Part shown: piece by piece, positions 49,325 through 62,695 of the stretch
Layout of the letters: each line of letters begins with the position of its first letter
Position numbering within the stretch: the stretch's first letter is position 1
Assembly (NCBI GenBank): GCA_030265395.1
Contig: JARFYF010000052.1
Span: 28,975,342 to 29,039,341, forward strand
Reading direction: 5' to 3'
DNA from: Rhina ancylostomus
Lineage: Eukaryota
DNA: 64,000 nt
Made by a program: the position numbers and the translations under genes
Notes under the pieces: generated by a model
Seen by the model: the letters and a program-made list of their open reading frames with translations, nothing else
The model's database searches: none
Told to the model about the DNA's origin: nothing

Positions 49325-50467
49325 AATCTTAAAGGGACCTTCACTAATAGTAACCTAGTCCATAACAACAGTTCAAAGAGTGTAGTGTAGAATGTGTTGA
49401 AGCTCAATGACAGGGTCTATTCTGTTAATAGTAGACTGTAAAATAAGAAATTGATGTTTTCTTAATTAATTGGGGGAAAAAGCTCATGAACAAAACTGGC
49501 TCCTCAGAACAAGATCCAGCACTTTTTTTCCTTCCTTGGAGAATTCTTTGGATTTGAAATACTGCTATTTTACTCCTTTTTTAAATGTTACCTTTATAAT
49601 ATGCTGCAAAGCCTAGCTTAGTCAAACTTATAATTGTTGCAAAATCTACTCTCTCTGTGTCAGACAGTTAAAAAAAAATTGTATAAAGCCAAACTTGTGC
49701 ATGCAAAACGATTGATTTTCTTTCAAGTAGAAGCAATTATCACAGTGGAGTCAAACTATATTTTTGAAATGTTATACTTTTGGAGCTGTACATTAGGTAT
49801 GAAACTGTTTCTTTATATTTGTATTATGGCTTGATTAAAATCAGACCCTAAATAATTCATGATGGTTGTGTTTTCTATAAAGTAGACTCATTCCTTTTTT
49901 TTAATTTAGAATCATGTGCTTTGATTGAACATCTAACCATTCATTGTGGCTCATCATCTATCTTTCAGTTGAAGTGTGCTGAACATGGCACAGCTTCAAC
50001 TAATGAATCTTTTCCATGTCTTCTGCACAAGCAATAAAAAAGCATTCCTGAAGACATCAATTAATGCAAGGAAAAGCTCTGAAGTTTGATGTTTAAAGTT
50101 CAACCTGAAAAATTAGTTGTCAACCTTTTAAACAGCAATCTGTATTTTGTACACCAATGAACATGATTTCTTTTGCCATTCTTGAGCAAGGGAAATGCAG
50201 TCAGACCTATATGTGACTCAACACCCACAACAATATGGTTGACTAATATTGCTCTAATAAATGGAGTAGCAGGGAATAATTAGGGTTGAGAGATAAATGT
50301 GGCCTTGTCAGCAAAGTCCTCACCCTGTGAAAGAATTAATTAAAAGAAAAGCAGTGTGACAATTAAGAAATTGATTACTTCACAGTGACACCTTGACATA
50401 CATATTGGCTGTTGGAATAGTTCCTTGTTGTATTAAATTTGATTATTTCTTGTAGTTTGTGCTTATC

Positions 50468-52065
50468 ACAGAATCATAGCAACATGCAGCACAGAAACTT
50501 TTTTGCTTTTGACGTATTTTGTCCATGTCAGCCATAATGCCTATCATCGCTAATCCCTCTACACCTTTCCTATCGAAGTACCTGTCCATACACCTTTAAA
50601 ACATTATAATTGTATCTGCCTTCACCACCACCTCTGGCAACTTGTTCCAGCTATTCACCACGTTCTGTGTGGAAAGACTTATCCTTCAGATCTACTTTAA
50701 ATTTCTGCCGTCTCACTTTAAACCAGTGCCCTCTAGCTCAAGATTCCCATGACCTGGGAAAAAGATTCTGACTATCTATCTTATTTATGTCCCTTGTAAT
50801 ATAATAAACCCCTCTAAGATCACCCCTCAGCCTTCTTCGCTCCAGTCAGAATAAACCCAGCTTATCCATTCTCTTATCATAAAGTGTAACCCTCCATTCC
50901 AGGTAACATCCTGATAAATCTCTTCTGCACTCTCTGCTCCCACATCCTTCCTAGATACTCTAAATGCAGTCTAACCAATGTTTTGTACAGCTACAACAAG
51001 ACGTCCCAAATCTTGTATTCATTGCCTTGGCTTATGAAGGCAAGNNNNNNNNNNNNNNNNNNNNNNNNNNNNNNNNNNNNNNNNNNNNNNNNNNNNNNNN
51101 NNNNNNNNNNNNNNNNNNNNNNNNNNNNNNNNNNNNNGTTCCTGCCATTTATTCTATATGTCCTACCAGAATTTGACTTCCCAAAGTGCATTACCTCAAA
51201 CTCATCCGGGTTGAATTCCACCTGCAACCACTCCCTTCAGCTTTCCAGCTGATCCATGTTCTGCTGTATCCTTAAACAAAATTCTTCATTATCTATGACT
51301 CCAACTTCTGTATCATTTGCAAACTTGTTAATCCTCCTACCAAGTCAGAAACAATAAAGGTCCCAGCACCAAACCATGCAGTGCACCACTTGTTACTGCA
51401 ATTCACCCAGCTGCCAGTACCCTCCATCTCCACCACCTATCAGCCAGCCAATATTGGATCCAATTTGCCAACAGACCTTGGATTCCTTGTGCCTTAACCT
51501 TCTGGACCAGGTTATGACAGGGGACCATGTCACAAGACCTTTTAAAATCTATGTAAAGCATGTTTATTGATCTGCTTTCATCAACTTTCTTGTTTAACTT
51601 GCAAAAAAATCTCAGTCAGTTTTGGTGAAAGTGATCTCCCCTGTACAAAACCCTGTCAACTTCACCTTATCAGTCCCTGTCTTTCCAAGTGAGCATAAAT
51701 CCTGTTCCTCAAAATCTTCTCCAACACTTTCTCTACTACTGATGTAAGACTCACCAGCCTGTAGTTCTCAGGCTTATTCCTATTTCACTTTTTGAACAAG
51801 GGGAAAATATTAACTATCCTCCGATCTTATACCTTGCTTGTGGTTAATGAAGATAAACCTCCATCAGAGCTCCAGCACTCTCCTCCCCTGCTTACCTTAG
51901 CATCCCAAGATAGATTCTGTCCCATGGGTATTTATCCACCCAATGTGCTACAATATTTCTAGCACATTTTTCTTCCTGATACAAATGTGCTGCAGGATAA
52001 CAGCATTCCCCTCCCTTAACTCTCCAGCCAGCACATCCTTCTTCCTGGTAAAAACCAATGAGTAA
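50468..52065 (-). mobile_element. Decayed CR1 ORF2 (RT to 3' end)
   Basis: MQVEFNPDEFEVMHFGKSN, LAFISQGNEYKIWDVLL and the reverse of KFANDTEV. Tail cacagaatcatag near 50468. Confidence 0.85.
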
Positions 52066-53695
52066 ACCTGATCTTAAACCTGATCTCCTAAATCTGCAAC
52101 CTTTTATGTACAAAAACAACAATATTGAAGCAAGTATGAAAAATCCATTGGAAAAATGGCTAAGATTTTGGAGTTTGTCGTGGAATGGTTCAGAGAATGG
52201 CTAGTTAGTTATGAAAAGATTGCACAAAATAGAAGGACAATCAGCAATATGGAAACAATAGGAGGGCTCATTGTTAAGAGATGACTTTAAGCAACTGCCA
52301 GGGCAACAAGCAAGAGGAGCTATTTTGCTAACCAAGAAGTGGACTCTAGTGTTCCAAACATTGAGGATTTTGTTGTGCTTGGGGCAGAGTGAGCACAAGG
52401 ACAAAACAAATTTTGAAAAAAAATGAGCTCTGGATTGATTCTTGGATAAGTGTTCCTTTTAAAATCCAAGACTGAAAATGGACACTGAATAGGATTGAAG
52501 ATTTGGAAATTCATTGGAACTACTCTATAATTTGGAGGTTGGTGTAGACCTGGAATCGGGTCCTTATTTTAACAGGTTTAATTTTTTTTTGAAGCCTCTG
52601 TACAATCAATTTTGGATCTGTGAAAAGGCATAAGTAAAAATGAACTGGAGGTGATTCTTAAAAATAGAACATAAGGAAAAGTTATTGGAGAGATAAGGAA
52701 CTACATTTTTGCAAAGTTCCCACAACTTTTGATACTTATTGGTACCATATGAGTTTCTTGGACGAGATTTCAGTGGAATTTTCATGGTTTTTTTATAACC
52801 AGATGGAACATTTGGCATTTGTTTTGTTCTGCTGTTGATCTAATTCTCATTAAATGGTGTTATTCCATGAATTTTAAGTTTGTAGCTTGTAGAATTTGTC
52901 AAATATCATTGTAAAATTAGTTCAATTTAGTTGACAGAAGTAATCTGATGGGGTATGTTTTCAGTATCACCTCAAAAGGTGTCCTGTGGATCATTTTATA
53001 AAATGTTGCTGCTTGATGCATATTTTACCTACCTCTTTTTTTTTACGAACTCTGTAGAATATTCTAAAACTACTTTTTCCCAATGGTTGTTAGTCTCCTT
53101 AGGCAGCCCCTCAGTGTTGAAGATAATTTGCTTCCTTTCCAGTGGAAGAAGTCTTGAATGTAAATTCATTGAACGTGAAGTGGCTGTTGCTCACCAGTCA
53201 CAACACAAACTTGACAGGATGAAGTTTTGGTCAAATTGCAAGGATATCCAGGGCAATTGGAAGCCAGGCTCTACTGCATGGATTTAAACACATGCATATG
53301 TAAATACACTTGAGGGGCACAGAAACACTCTGGACATATGTGTGTTCTTGCCCACACAAACATCCTCAGCCCACCACCCCCCATCCCTTGTCTACCTACC
53401 TCGATCCAGTACTCTGCTTCAGTTTCCATTCACACTCCCTGTCTCCCCTGTTGTTGTTCCCCTTGCTGCTTTTACTCTCTTTGCTCCCTTACTTCTCTGT
53501 CCTCTTCTGCTTAATATACTCTCTTTCCTCTTAGCCCCTTGCTTTCTCTTCCCTTCCCCTTACCTCTCCCACCCATCTTCCCCACTCTCCAGCTGTCAGC
53601 AGCTTGTCATTTGGCAGAGTGTGGATGCACCTGATTGGTACAGCTCACTTAGAGCCTCTGAGAGCTTAGGGATGATGTGGTAGCACAGTGCACAT

Positions 53696-53713
53696 GGGGG
53701 GGGGGGGGGGGGG
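53696..53713 (+). repeat. G18 homopolymer
   Basis: Directly visible. Confidence 0.9.
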
Positions 53714-56129
53714 TTGTTAAAGTAATATGCTTATGATTGCTAAGTTCACATCAGTTTCCACAAACCAAAATAGCAGGATAAGTAATATATTTTTGTTTCT
53801 TGCAGGTCATCAGATACCACAAGCATGTTTCAAAAACCTTGGCTGCATTGTGTTCAAAATTCAGTGCACTGAAAGTAGTGTAGTTGAAGGAAAGAACATA
53901 GAGATCTCTTCAGTTCTATGCAATGTTTGTAGATTTAATTATCTCCAAAACACAAGGGTTAGTTGAGGATCTATTTAGTAGAAATTATAATTCCTAAATA
54001 TCAGTTAGAGTGATTCACAGAGGTGCATTATAGTTCTTGCAAATGGTCATTTTGGGCCATGTTCTTCAGATGCTTAATGAGGAATCAAAGATTTGAATAC
54101 CCTAATGCAATTAAACAGAATCTGAGGCAAACTGGCATGGATGCAAAGAGTAAACAAAAGCATTTATGAAACCATGTGAGCAGTGAAAAAGATCAGTAAT
54201 TTTATTGATCACTTTGTGTACTTCAGAAGGAATAGCTCATGCTTTGCACACCTACTGAGGTTTCATAAGAAGGCAAGGTCACTTTTGGAATTAAGATAAG
54301 ACAAAATTTCAAGTATAGCTGGCATTTCTGCAAGGCTTCTTGGAAGATTTTAACTATGCTCAAAGGTCACAAATTACCAAAAGGGATCGAGAATAATAAG
54401 ATTAATTTTTTGAAGCAACAATTACAACATCATTCATTATAAGTTAAACATTTACTGGACACTCCCTCCCATGATGTGCGTCAGAGAGCGAATTTGTCTT
54501 CTTGATCCCATTCATTGGACTCTCACCCCAACTGTCACTGCCCCCCCCCACCTCAACAAACCTCTAAACCCTGGCTGAAACACAAGAATTATTTTGATTA
54601 TCTTACCACTAAAGCTGTCCATTAACAGGGGACAAGCACATATATGGCATACTGAACTCCTACCTGAGGCACATGCCTTGTGAAACCACCCTTTAGTTTA
54701 CCTTTTGCAAGAACATTTGATAAAATTGTTACAGGCAAAACTGCTAGCTGTACACCTTGCTATTTTCTGAACACTTGTTACATCCATATCACAGACCTAT
54801 TTGTCCAAATTTTGTCTTTGGCCAGATTGTAAACATAGTTTTGTGTTTTTATCCAAGCAGGCACATTGCAGAAATTAGAAAGTAACACTTCACTTAGCAT
54901 AACAGGTCAAAAGAGAGATCAGAGTTTGCTTAAAATTTTAATTACTTTTAACAGTTTGCTACATCATGGATGGAATGAATGACAGTTTTCAAGATGACAT
55001 GACAATTGGCTTGGCAACACATGAGAAATATGTTACTTTGAAAGTTCACCTTGTAAAAACCGTAGGACCAGAGAGAGAGAATTACAACATTTACAATCCT
55101 TACGTACAGAAAATAAATTTTTCTCAATTCTGTGGGAGAGCAGATATGTGGAATATTTTCCTTTAGATAATGAGTAACTTCAGTAACATAGATATTGAAA
55201 CATAAAAGCAGGATCTTAGTCTTTCAAAAGAACCTCCTCATTTGTTCCATTGTACCAGCAGATACTTCAATATCTTTTTCCCTCACAGTCCATTAGCATT
55301 TTCATTAATGCAGCTGTTCACCTGATATGCCACATGGTACCACGTTCCACATCATAAAATCTCTCTTGAAACTTCTCATGAATTTCAACTGGATTTACCA
55401 TTGCACTCTTCCATTTATGGCTCTGGATGTAATTCAACTTTATTGAACTCCTAAATCTCATTGAAGACTCTGCGAAATGCTCTGAACAAAGTTTGGAGTA
55501 AATGTGTTTTGCACATCCTTTTTCAAAGAAGCTTTTATTCTTCTGACTTGGCCATGCTAGAAATACTGCTGTGCTGGCTGGGGGCCAGCTCTCTTCTTTG
55601 TCAATGCCAGTCTGATCAATGCCACTGGGAGCTATTGGTTTAAATCTTGGGGGTGATATTGCCATGTTTCATCATCAGGCTAGAATTAACTGAGTAATGC
55701 ACAAAGTTTGTTTCTGATTGTCCTTTGAGCATAGTGTAAATGTGCATGGAATTCCCACAGAAATATTTCAGGAATTGTGACAGTCACCTAGGGCATTGTA
55801 TGACCTTCCAGCACCAATAAATCTCTCATCACAAAACTGACGCTCTGATAGTACAGCACCAGGTCACTTCAGCAGTTCTGAATTGTTAGAAGTGGTCAAG
55901 TCTCTGTGTGGCTTGAACCAAGTCAGCTGCAAGTGTTATCACTGAGTTGAGAAACATTCCTTGCAGTGTGATATTTCATTTCACTAAATCTGGCAACCAT
56001 AATTATAAGTTGACAAAAGAGTGTTTTAGCTGGCTTTGGTCCAGACGAATTCAACCCCCTACAGTTTACCAAGTCAAAACATTGATAGCTTTTTTTTATC
56101 CACTTGAGCCTCTGGCTTGCAATAGGTAG

Positions 56130-56600
56130 TGCTTCCTTAATTTTTAAAGCATAAGTGGCAAGGCCAACACATGCCCTTTGAGAGTATCTTTGAGAAGTGA
56201 TGACTGACAGCACTGTAGTCCTTCAAGTGGAGATGCAATATGCTGTTGGGTAGAGAGTTCCAGTGTGTAGACAGAGCAAGTTGCGATGATGTGTGACTTG
56301 AATGGGAACCTTCAGGTGGTCGGAGTTCCTATGTGATTAACCACTTGATCTTCTTTGTGTTCAGAGGTTATGTGTTCAGGATATGCTGTGAGTAACTGCA
56401 GGGCATATTGCAGATGGTACACATTGCAGCTGTCATGCACCAGGTGTGGAAGGATTGAATGCGTGGGGCAGTCAGTAGGGTACCAATTAAGCAAGCTGCT
56501 TTTCTCTGGATGGTATTGAACTTGTTGAGTCATTGGAGCTGCACTCATCTAGGAAATGGATGGTGTAAAGACTGTACGAGTGAAGTAAGTCACTCATTCA
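56130..56600 (-). mobile_element. Old CR1/L2-group LINE 3' fragment
   Basis: Reverse of gatgagtgcagctccaatgactcaacaagttcaataccatccagagaaaagcagc. Homologous to 33570-33960. Confidence 0.65.
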
Positions 56601-56697
56601 ACTGCTGACCTTTCCTTACACGGTGGTCCACTTGAATTCTGATGAACTGAGTTCCTAGGTTTTCTCTTGCAGACATTTTTTAACCTCTTCCTGCTTC

Positions 56698-56853
56698 AAT
56701 CTGAGGTTCCCATCTGCTTTAAGACCACTACCTTCTGAGAAAAGTACCAAAGAAAAACAAGGGACCTAAGAAAAACAAGGTAATGTGCCTTAATGACTAC
56801 TGCCTGGTGGCTCTGACATCCAGCATCATGTAATGCTTTGAGAGGCTGGTCAT
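56698..56853 (+). mobile_element. Short internal Rex1/Babar RT fragment
   Basis: EVPICFKTT...VPKKNK...CLNDYCLVALTSSIM*CFERLV, with an internal duplication of aagaaaaacaagg. Homologous to the reverse of 2290-2430. Confidence 0.8.
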
Positions 56854-57377
56854 GATCATGGTCATGGATGATTTGGGATTTATGTGGGATAATTTTCTGA
56901 CTTGGAGGATCATAGTATTGCAATTAGGTATTGCAGTTAAGGCAGTAAAGATATAGATAATGGTTTGTAACGAAGTAGGATAAGGAAATTGGAGTTATGT
57001 TGCTCAGTTGCAAATTAAACTTCTGTGGTCATTGGGCTACAGGGCTTCATTAGATTTTGTCTCTGAATTGAACAGGATACCAACACTGTATAGCACCTGG
57101 TTCAGCATGATTGAACAACTGGAAAGTGAGGCAACAGTTCCCAGGCTTGTTGCAGTCAAATAATGACCCTTTGATGTTCAGCAGGCAGAAGTTTTCACCT
57201 GGCCACACAAATTCACATTGGATGATTCTGGAGAAGTGAACAAGTGAGGGAAAAAGGAAGGTTGTGGTAAAGTAGAGATGGGCAAACTGGAAACTGACTT
57301 TGCATCTATAGAAAATTCTGCCAGATGGGTGATTTGGAGCAGAAATAGCCATTTCTGGTATAGAAAGAGAATACAAA

Positions 57378-57604
57378 TTACCTGAAATTAGAAAATTTGA
57401 TACCAAGTCCAGAAGGCTGCAAAACATCCAGACTGAAGGCGAGGTGTTGGCTTTCCTCTAACAGTGCAATTGGCCATTGACAGAGATCAGAGTTGGGAGT
57501 GGGTTGGAGAACTTAAGTGACGGGCAACGGGGTCACTCATGCAGACTGAAAGCAGGTACTCTGCAGACACCCAACCAATGTTTGGTGCATCCAAGATAAA
57601 GGAG
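57378..57604 (-). mobile_element. Fossil Penelope-like element GIY-YIG endonuclease C-terminal fragment
   Basis: Minus-strand pieces LLYLGCTKHWLG (cf. YIGET.R.L), AEYLLSVCMSDPVARHLSSPTHS (cf. EH...PVA.HF) and LQPSGLGIKFSNFR-stop. Frameshifted. Confidence 0.75.
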
Positions 57605-57847
57605 ATTCAGTTGGTTATGAGTAGAGGGAGAACATGGCAGTGACAGTAAAACTGAAAGTGAGCCAGTCTAAGAGTTACCATTTTGATTGAGCTTTCCTTT
57701 GCTGAAGTATTTGAACTCATGAAGTCACCTGTTCTTTTACTACTTTCCATATTACTCAATTTTTTGAATGATACCTAAATAGCTGCTGCTGATAGCATAT
57801 GAAATTCTCTGCAGTATCAGCAGGAGAAAAATGTAAAATGCCTATAG

Positions 57848-57974
57848 CATGTCAGAATACACCCACTGTAACTCTTGTGATTGTTGTCTTCCCTTGTTCC
57901 CAGAATGGATCCAAGTTACAGTGAGCAAAGGACGACAACAATCACAAGGGTTACAGTGTGTATATTCTGACATG
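57848..57974. repeat. 127-bp imperfect palindrome (52-bp arms, 46/52 complementary, centred on GGATCC)
   Basis: Left arm catgtcagaatacacccactgtaactcttgtgattgttgtcttcccttgttc versus the reverse complement of the right arm catgtcagaatatacacactgtaacccttgtgattgttgtcgtcctttgctc. Confidence 0.95.
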
Positions 57975-59566
57975 ACTTCACTTTCTAGTTTATCTGGAAT
58001 GGTAGCTGGGCAGATTTCTAATAAACTTTAGGATTTGATTGTAGAATATTGTACTGGAAAAGTATAACAGTTCAGGTGTCTCATTTGGAGAGCAATGAAA
58101 ACTACAAACCTCCTCTCATTCACCACTCATGCTCACCAGTTACTAGTTTGATAATCCAACAATCCACTGGTTGACTGGTATCAGCTTCTTCAAACCAGTA
58201 CTGACCTGATAGCAGGGGGCCTTCTGATGGTAAATCCTGCTTCTAAGCTTTGTCAGTGGTGAAGCCACTCCCCACAGCTGAGCTGGCTGTTAAAGGTCTG
58301 TGTGTGAATGTCTGATTTCAATAAATCCTCAAGCATGAAAAGACTAAATAAAAAGTAAGGTCAAAAATAAAAAGTAAAATGAAACGAAGCATTTGAAAGT
58401 AAAATGCAGTAAAATGAACTCAATTTAAAGCAACCATTCCAGCATCTGTGGTATTTTGCCTTTATTATAATTATAGCCCTTATCCCATACAGCTGTCCAT
58501 CTTCAGTCAAGAGAATGGGCTTGTTGTACTGGACAAGGTCGAGCAAGCACAGGTCCAGTTAGCGGATCTTCATGTGCAACTGCTAGAAAACTACCAATGT
58601 GTACATTGCTCTGCTGGAATCCATTGATGGATTCCTGTTGGAATCAACAGTGTACTGTCAAAGGCTATCAACCAAGTTTCCTGTTAGTACACAGTTAAGT
58701 AGGAGTCACAGTTGCCCTTGCATTTGCAAAAGCAGAAAGCAGCAGTTGTTGGTTTCCAATAGTGTGATTTTGTGGTATTTGCCCATTAATGAATGTTAAC
58801 TTTAGAAAGCAAAATTGAGGTGATTAATGACAGGTTTCTACAGAAACATGCTCTTCATTGGTGCTATTTAGTTATTGTATGATTTGCTCATTTTTGGTCA
58901 ATCAGATGTTTAATTTGATTGAACAGTACAGATTGAACATTAAGATAATTATTTCATCCACTCAAGCTTTTGATTTGGAGGTATAACATTTTTGTATCTT
59001 GATTCCACTGGTGTTGTACTTGAAAGTATGAATGAATAATTCTAGATGCAAGAGAAATGAAAATTGAATTGGTAAATAGTAATACTGCTGAAAATGCAGT
59101 TAATAAAATGAGAGAAGATTTTAAATTTACTCTTTGGAGTTGTCTTATTTTCATGATTTTTGGATTTAATCAACAGTGCAGATTAAATTGTTCAGTGAAA
59201 TATGATGGTTGGAGAGTTCATTGTGGAGCTCTTGTAGTTGTTTACTTAGCTGTTTTTTCTCTGTACCATCTCTCCTCTTTCCCTACCCCCTTCCCCTGAC
59301 AAATTCTTCCGTGAGATGTTTCTTAAATGCATTATTAAAAAAACTCCTTAAACTAGCATCTATTAGGTCACCTTTCTTAACCATGTGGTTTGGTGTCAAA
59401 TTTGCTCACATTGTGACTTGTTGGTGTTGGAATGGCTTTGAAGGCATTAAATAATATGAAAACAATTTTGTTATATATCTTGTTGCGTGTAACATATTTT
59501 AATTTTAAAGTGAATAAGTTAGTCCCATTGAGCAATTGTATTCCAGTTATTTTGGTCAATTTGAAT

Positions 59567-59740
59567 GACCATAAGACAGAGGAGCAGAATTAGGCCATTC
59601 AGCCCATCGAGTTTGCTCTGCCATTTGCTCATGGTTGATTTATTTTTCCCTCTCAACCCCGTTCTCCTGCCTTCTCCCTGTAACCTTTGATGCCCTTACT
59701 AATCACGAACCTGTCAACCACTGCTTTAAATATACCCAAA
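59567..59740 (-). mobile_element. CR1 3' end (an older fragment follows at ~59850-60170)
   Basis: gaccataagacagaggagcagaattaggccattcagcccatcgag is the reverse of the CR1 terminal stem and tail. Confidence 0.8.
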
Positions 59741-61857
59741 TATACAGGAAAGTTCATCCTGCCCATTGGTAATACAATTTACCACAATGTTTGTGATGTC
59801 CTGTTGAGTTTCTTGAGAGTAAATTTAAGATTTGTACCACATTCAAACTTGGAGCAGAAATAGTCCACCGCCTCATAAAGATCATAGTGAATCGGATTGT
59901 AACCTCAACTCAGCCTACCTGCAGTAACCTTTCACTTCATGACTTATCAAGTATCTTTCTATCTCTTCCTTGAAGATATTTGAATGCTGTCATTCCACTA
60001 GCCTTTGTGGAAGAGTCTGCCTTAAATGGATTGTCTCTTGTTTTTAAATGGTGGCCCCAAGTGTCAAATTTCTTCCACATGAAGAAACACCCCCACCATA
60101 AACTACTCCCATGTATTAACATCCTTCCTTAAATAAGGAGACCAGTACTGCACATGCTACTTGAGATGTCACCTTGAAACAACTGAACTAAAGCTATTTA
60201 GGACACTGTTGCAAAGAAAAATTGTTGGATGTACTGCTGCTGTTTGATTTGAACTGAGTTTTGAAATCGTAGAGAATTTGAATGCAATGATTGGTTAGCT
60301 TTAAACAAAATGCGACCAGGTCTGCTGCAAGTATACCACTTATTTTGAGCTCCACATATAATGAACACTCAATCTGAGATGAATGTTCACCAACCATACA
60401 ACCATCCAGAGTAATATTTTTAACTAGCATCTCACTCTGTTAATGTTCCGTACCATTGTTCAACTGGAAAGATTAAAAAAGATGCTCCCAATAGCACTCA
60501 AGATGAAGGCTGCAAACAATAGTGAAACTTTATTTAAATGGATGCAATGGCCTGAAATTTCTGTGAAATTACTTGTGCTCTCCAGATGTCTGTTTTTAAC
60601 TTGAATTTGTCCTCAAATGCAAATTTCCATGAAGATTTGATTGATGAGTCTCTGAGTGATGCAGTATCTTGCTGATTTCCCACAGAAAATATGGGGGAAC
60701 TATTGAAAGTTAAACAATCTGTTAAACATTTAAAAATATTTATGCCATTAAAATGTATGAAGTGCAAGAACCACCATTTAAAAAAAATCAAATGATGAGC
60801 ATTGCTAAACCTGTGCCAGGTTGCATCCAATGTGAATTGGACAGACAGCATAACTAATGGGAAGGAATGCTTGTTTGTGATCCACCACAGGACTCCATTA
60901 GGATGGCGGTAGATGGGAATTTCTGCATTGCCACCACTTATGTAGGAGTTCTGAAATCATGTAGAAACTATGCAAGTAAACCACTGGCTTTTTAACCAAA
61001 ATTTCTGGCTAGTGTTTTCTTTTTTTTTGCTACTGTTTGCACCGCATGTTATTTGTCCCACAACTAAACTTTTTCATTAGTATTGCTAATCAAAAATGGC
61101 CTTAATTGTTTAGACTGGTTTTGCAATCAAATTGATTTTACAAGTTATAGTTTTACAAGTTATATCCTCTGCGGTTTTATCTGTCCAAAGTAGGGCACCT
61201 GGCTAAGTCATTTCTTCCAGCCATTTTTAAGAATGTGCTTTCCTATCTAGTTTGCTGGTGTTAGGTTTATGGGTTGGTGGAGGGGATGCTGCATATTTTC
61301 AGTTTTTATCATAAATATTGACTTTCAGTGATGTTACACGTTTTCTGTGGAAAAGAAAAATTCCATAAACATGAATATCTTGCATTAACTGGATGCTTCC
61401 CAATCAATTCCCCTTGGGCTAATTAATCATATTCAGAGTTTCTAAATGTTCTCCTGTGTCATCTACAGAGGATCTTTTAAATGAGTTTAACTGTAGATTT
61501 TAACCTGATTAACATTTATGCCCTGTAGGTCTTGATCACAACTTGTATTTGGTGCATTGTGGCTCTGAATCTGCATATACATCAAATGGACCTCGTGGTG
61601 AACTTCCCCATCTTTGCAAGAACGTTCACGTTGAATTCGGGTGGGCTGCAATTTAAGCAGCAAATTCCTTAGATAGTTTGAAAGATGTGTGCAAATTTAA
61701 ATTAGCTCAACAAAGGATAACATGTTTCATTTTTGTGTGTAGCAAGATTTGCATAGAGATAAGTTAAGAGATGGATACAATTATAGTATATTTTTTCTAC
61801 AGGCTAAAACACAGTGGAAGTTTATTTTATTTGGCAATAGTTCTGGTTACTTTAAGC

Positions 61858-62695
61858 TGAATCAGAATCAGGTTTATTATCACTGATACGTGCCGTGAAA
61901 TTTGTTGGTTTGCAGCAGCAGTACAGTGCAAGACATAAAAATTACTATCAGTTACAAAAATAAATAAATAGTGCAAAAAGAGGGCCTTAAGNNNNNNNNN
62001 NNNNNNNNNNNNNNNNNNNNNNNNNNNNNNNNNNNNNNNNNNNNNNNNNNNNNNNNNNNNNNNNNNNNNNNNNNNNNNNNNNNNNNNNNNNNNNNNNNNN
62101 NNNNNNNNNNNNNNNNNNNNNNNNNNNNNNNNNNNNNNNNNNNNNNNNNNNNNNNNNNNNNNNNNNNNNNNNNNNNNNNNNNNNNNNNNNNNNNNNNNNN
62201 NNNNNNNNNNNNNNNNNNNNNNNNNNNNNNNNNNNNNNNNNNNNNNNNNNNNNNNNNNNNTTCTGCAGCCTCTTTCGAGGCTGTGAATTGAAGCCTCCGT
62301 ACCAGGCAGTGTTGCAACCAGTCAGAAAGCTCTCCACCGTACACCTATAGAAATTTGTAAGTCTTTGGTGATAGACCAAATCTTCTCAAACTCCAAATGC
62401 AGTAGAGCCGCTAGCATGCCTTTTCTGTGATTGCGTCAGTGTGTTGGGCCCAAGATAGATCCTCTGAGATGATGATGCCCAGGAACTTGAAGCTGCTCAC
62501 TCTTTCCACCGCTGACCACTCAGTGAGGACTGGTGTGTGTTCTCCCAACCTCCCCTTCCTGAAGTCCACCGTCAATTCCTTGTTCTTGCTGACATTGAGT
62601 GTGAGGTTGTTGTTATGACACTACTCACCCAGTTGATATACCTCACTCCTTTATGCCTCCTCATTGCCATCTGAGATTCGGCCAACAACAGTGGC
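61858..62695 (-). mobile_element. Rex1/Babar-like LINE 3' portion (spans an N gap)
   Basis: LTNFYRCTVESFLTGCNTAWYG and the reverse of NKELTVDFRKG and FKFLGIII. Tail gaatcagaatcaggtttatt. Confidence 0.88.

Noticed and set aside
54966-55166. 66-aa ORF with YVTLKV and NPYV, superficially C2-like
   Set aside because: No colinear match to the expected next exon (DPYVKLSLY...) and no suitable splice sites.
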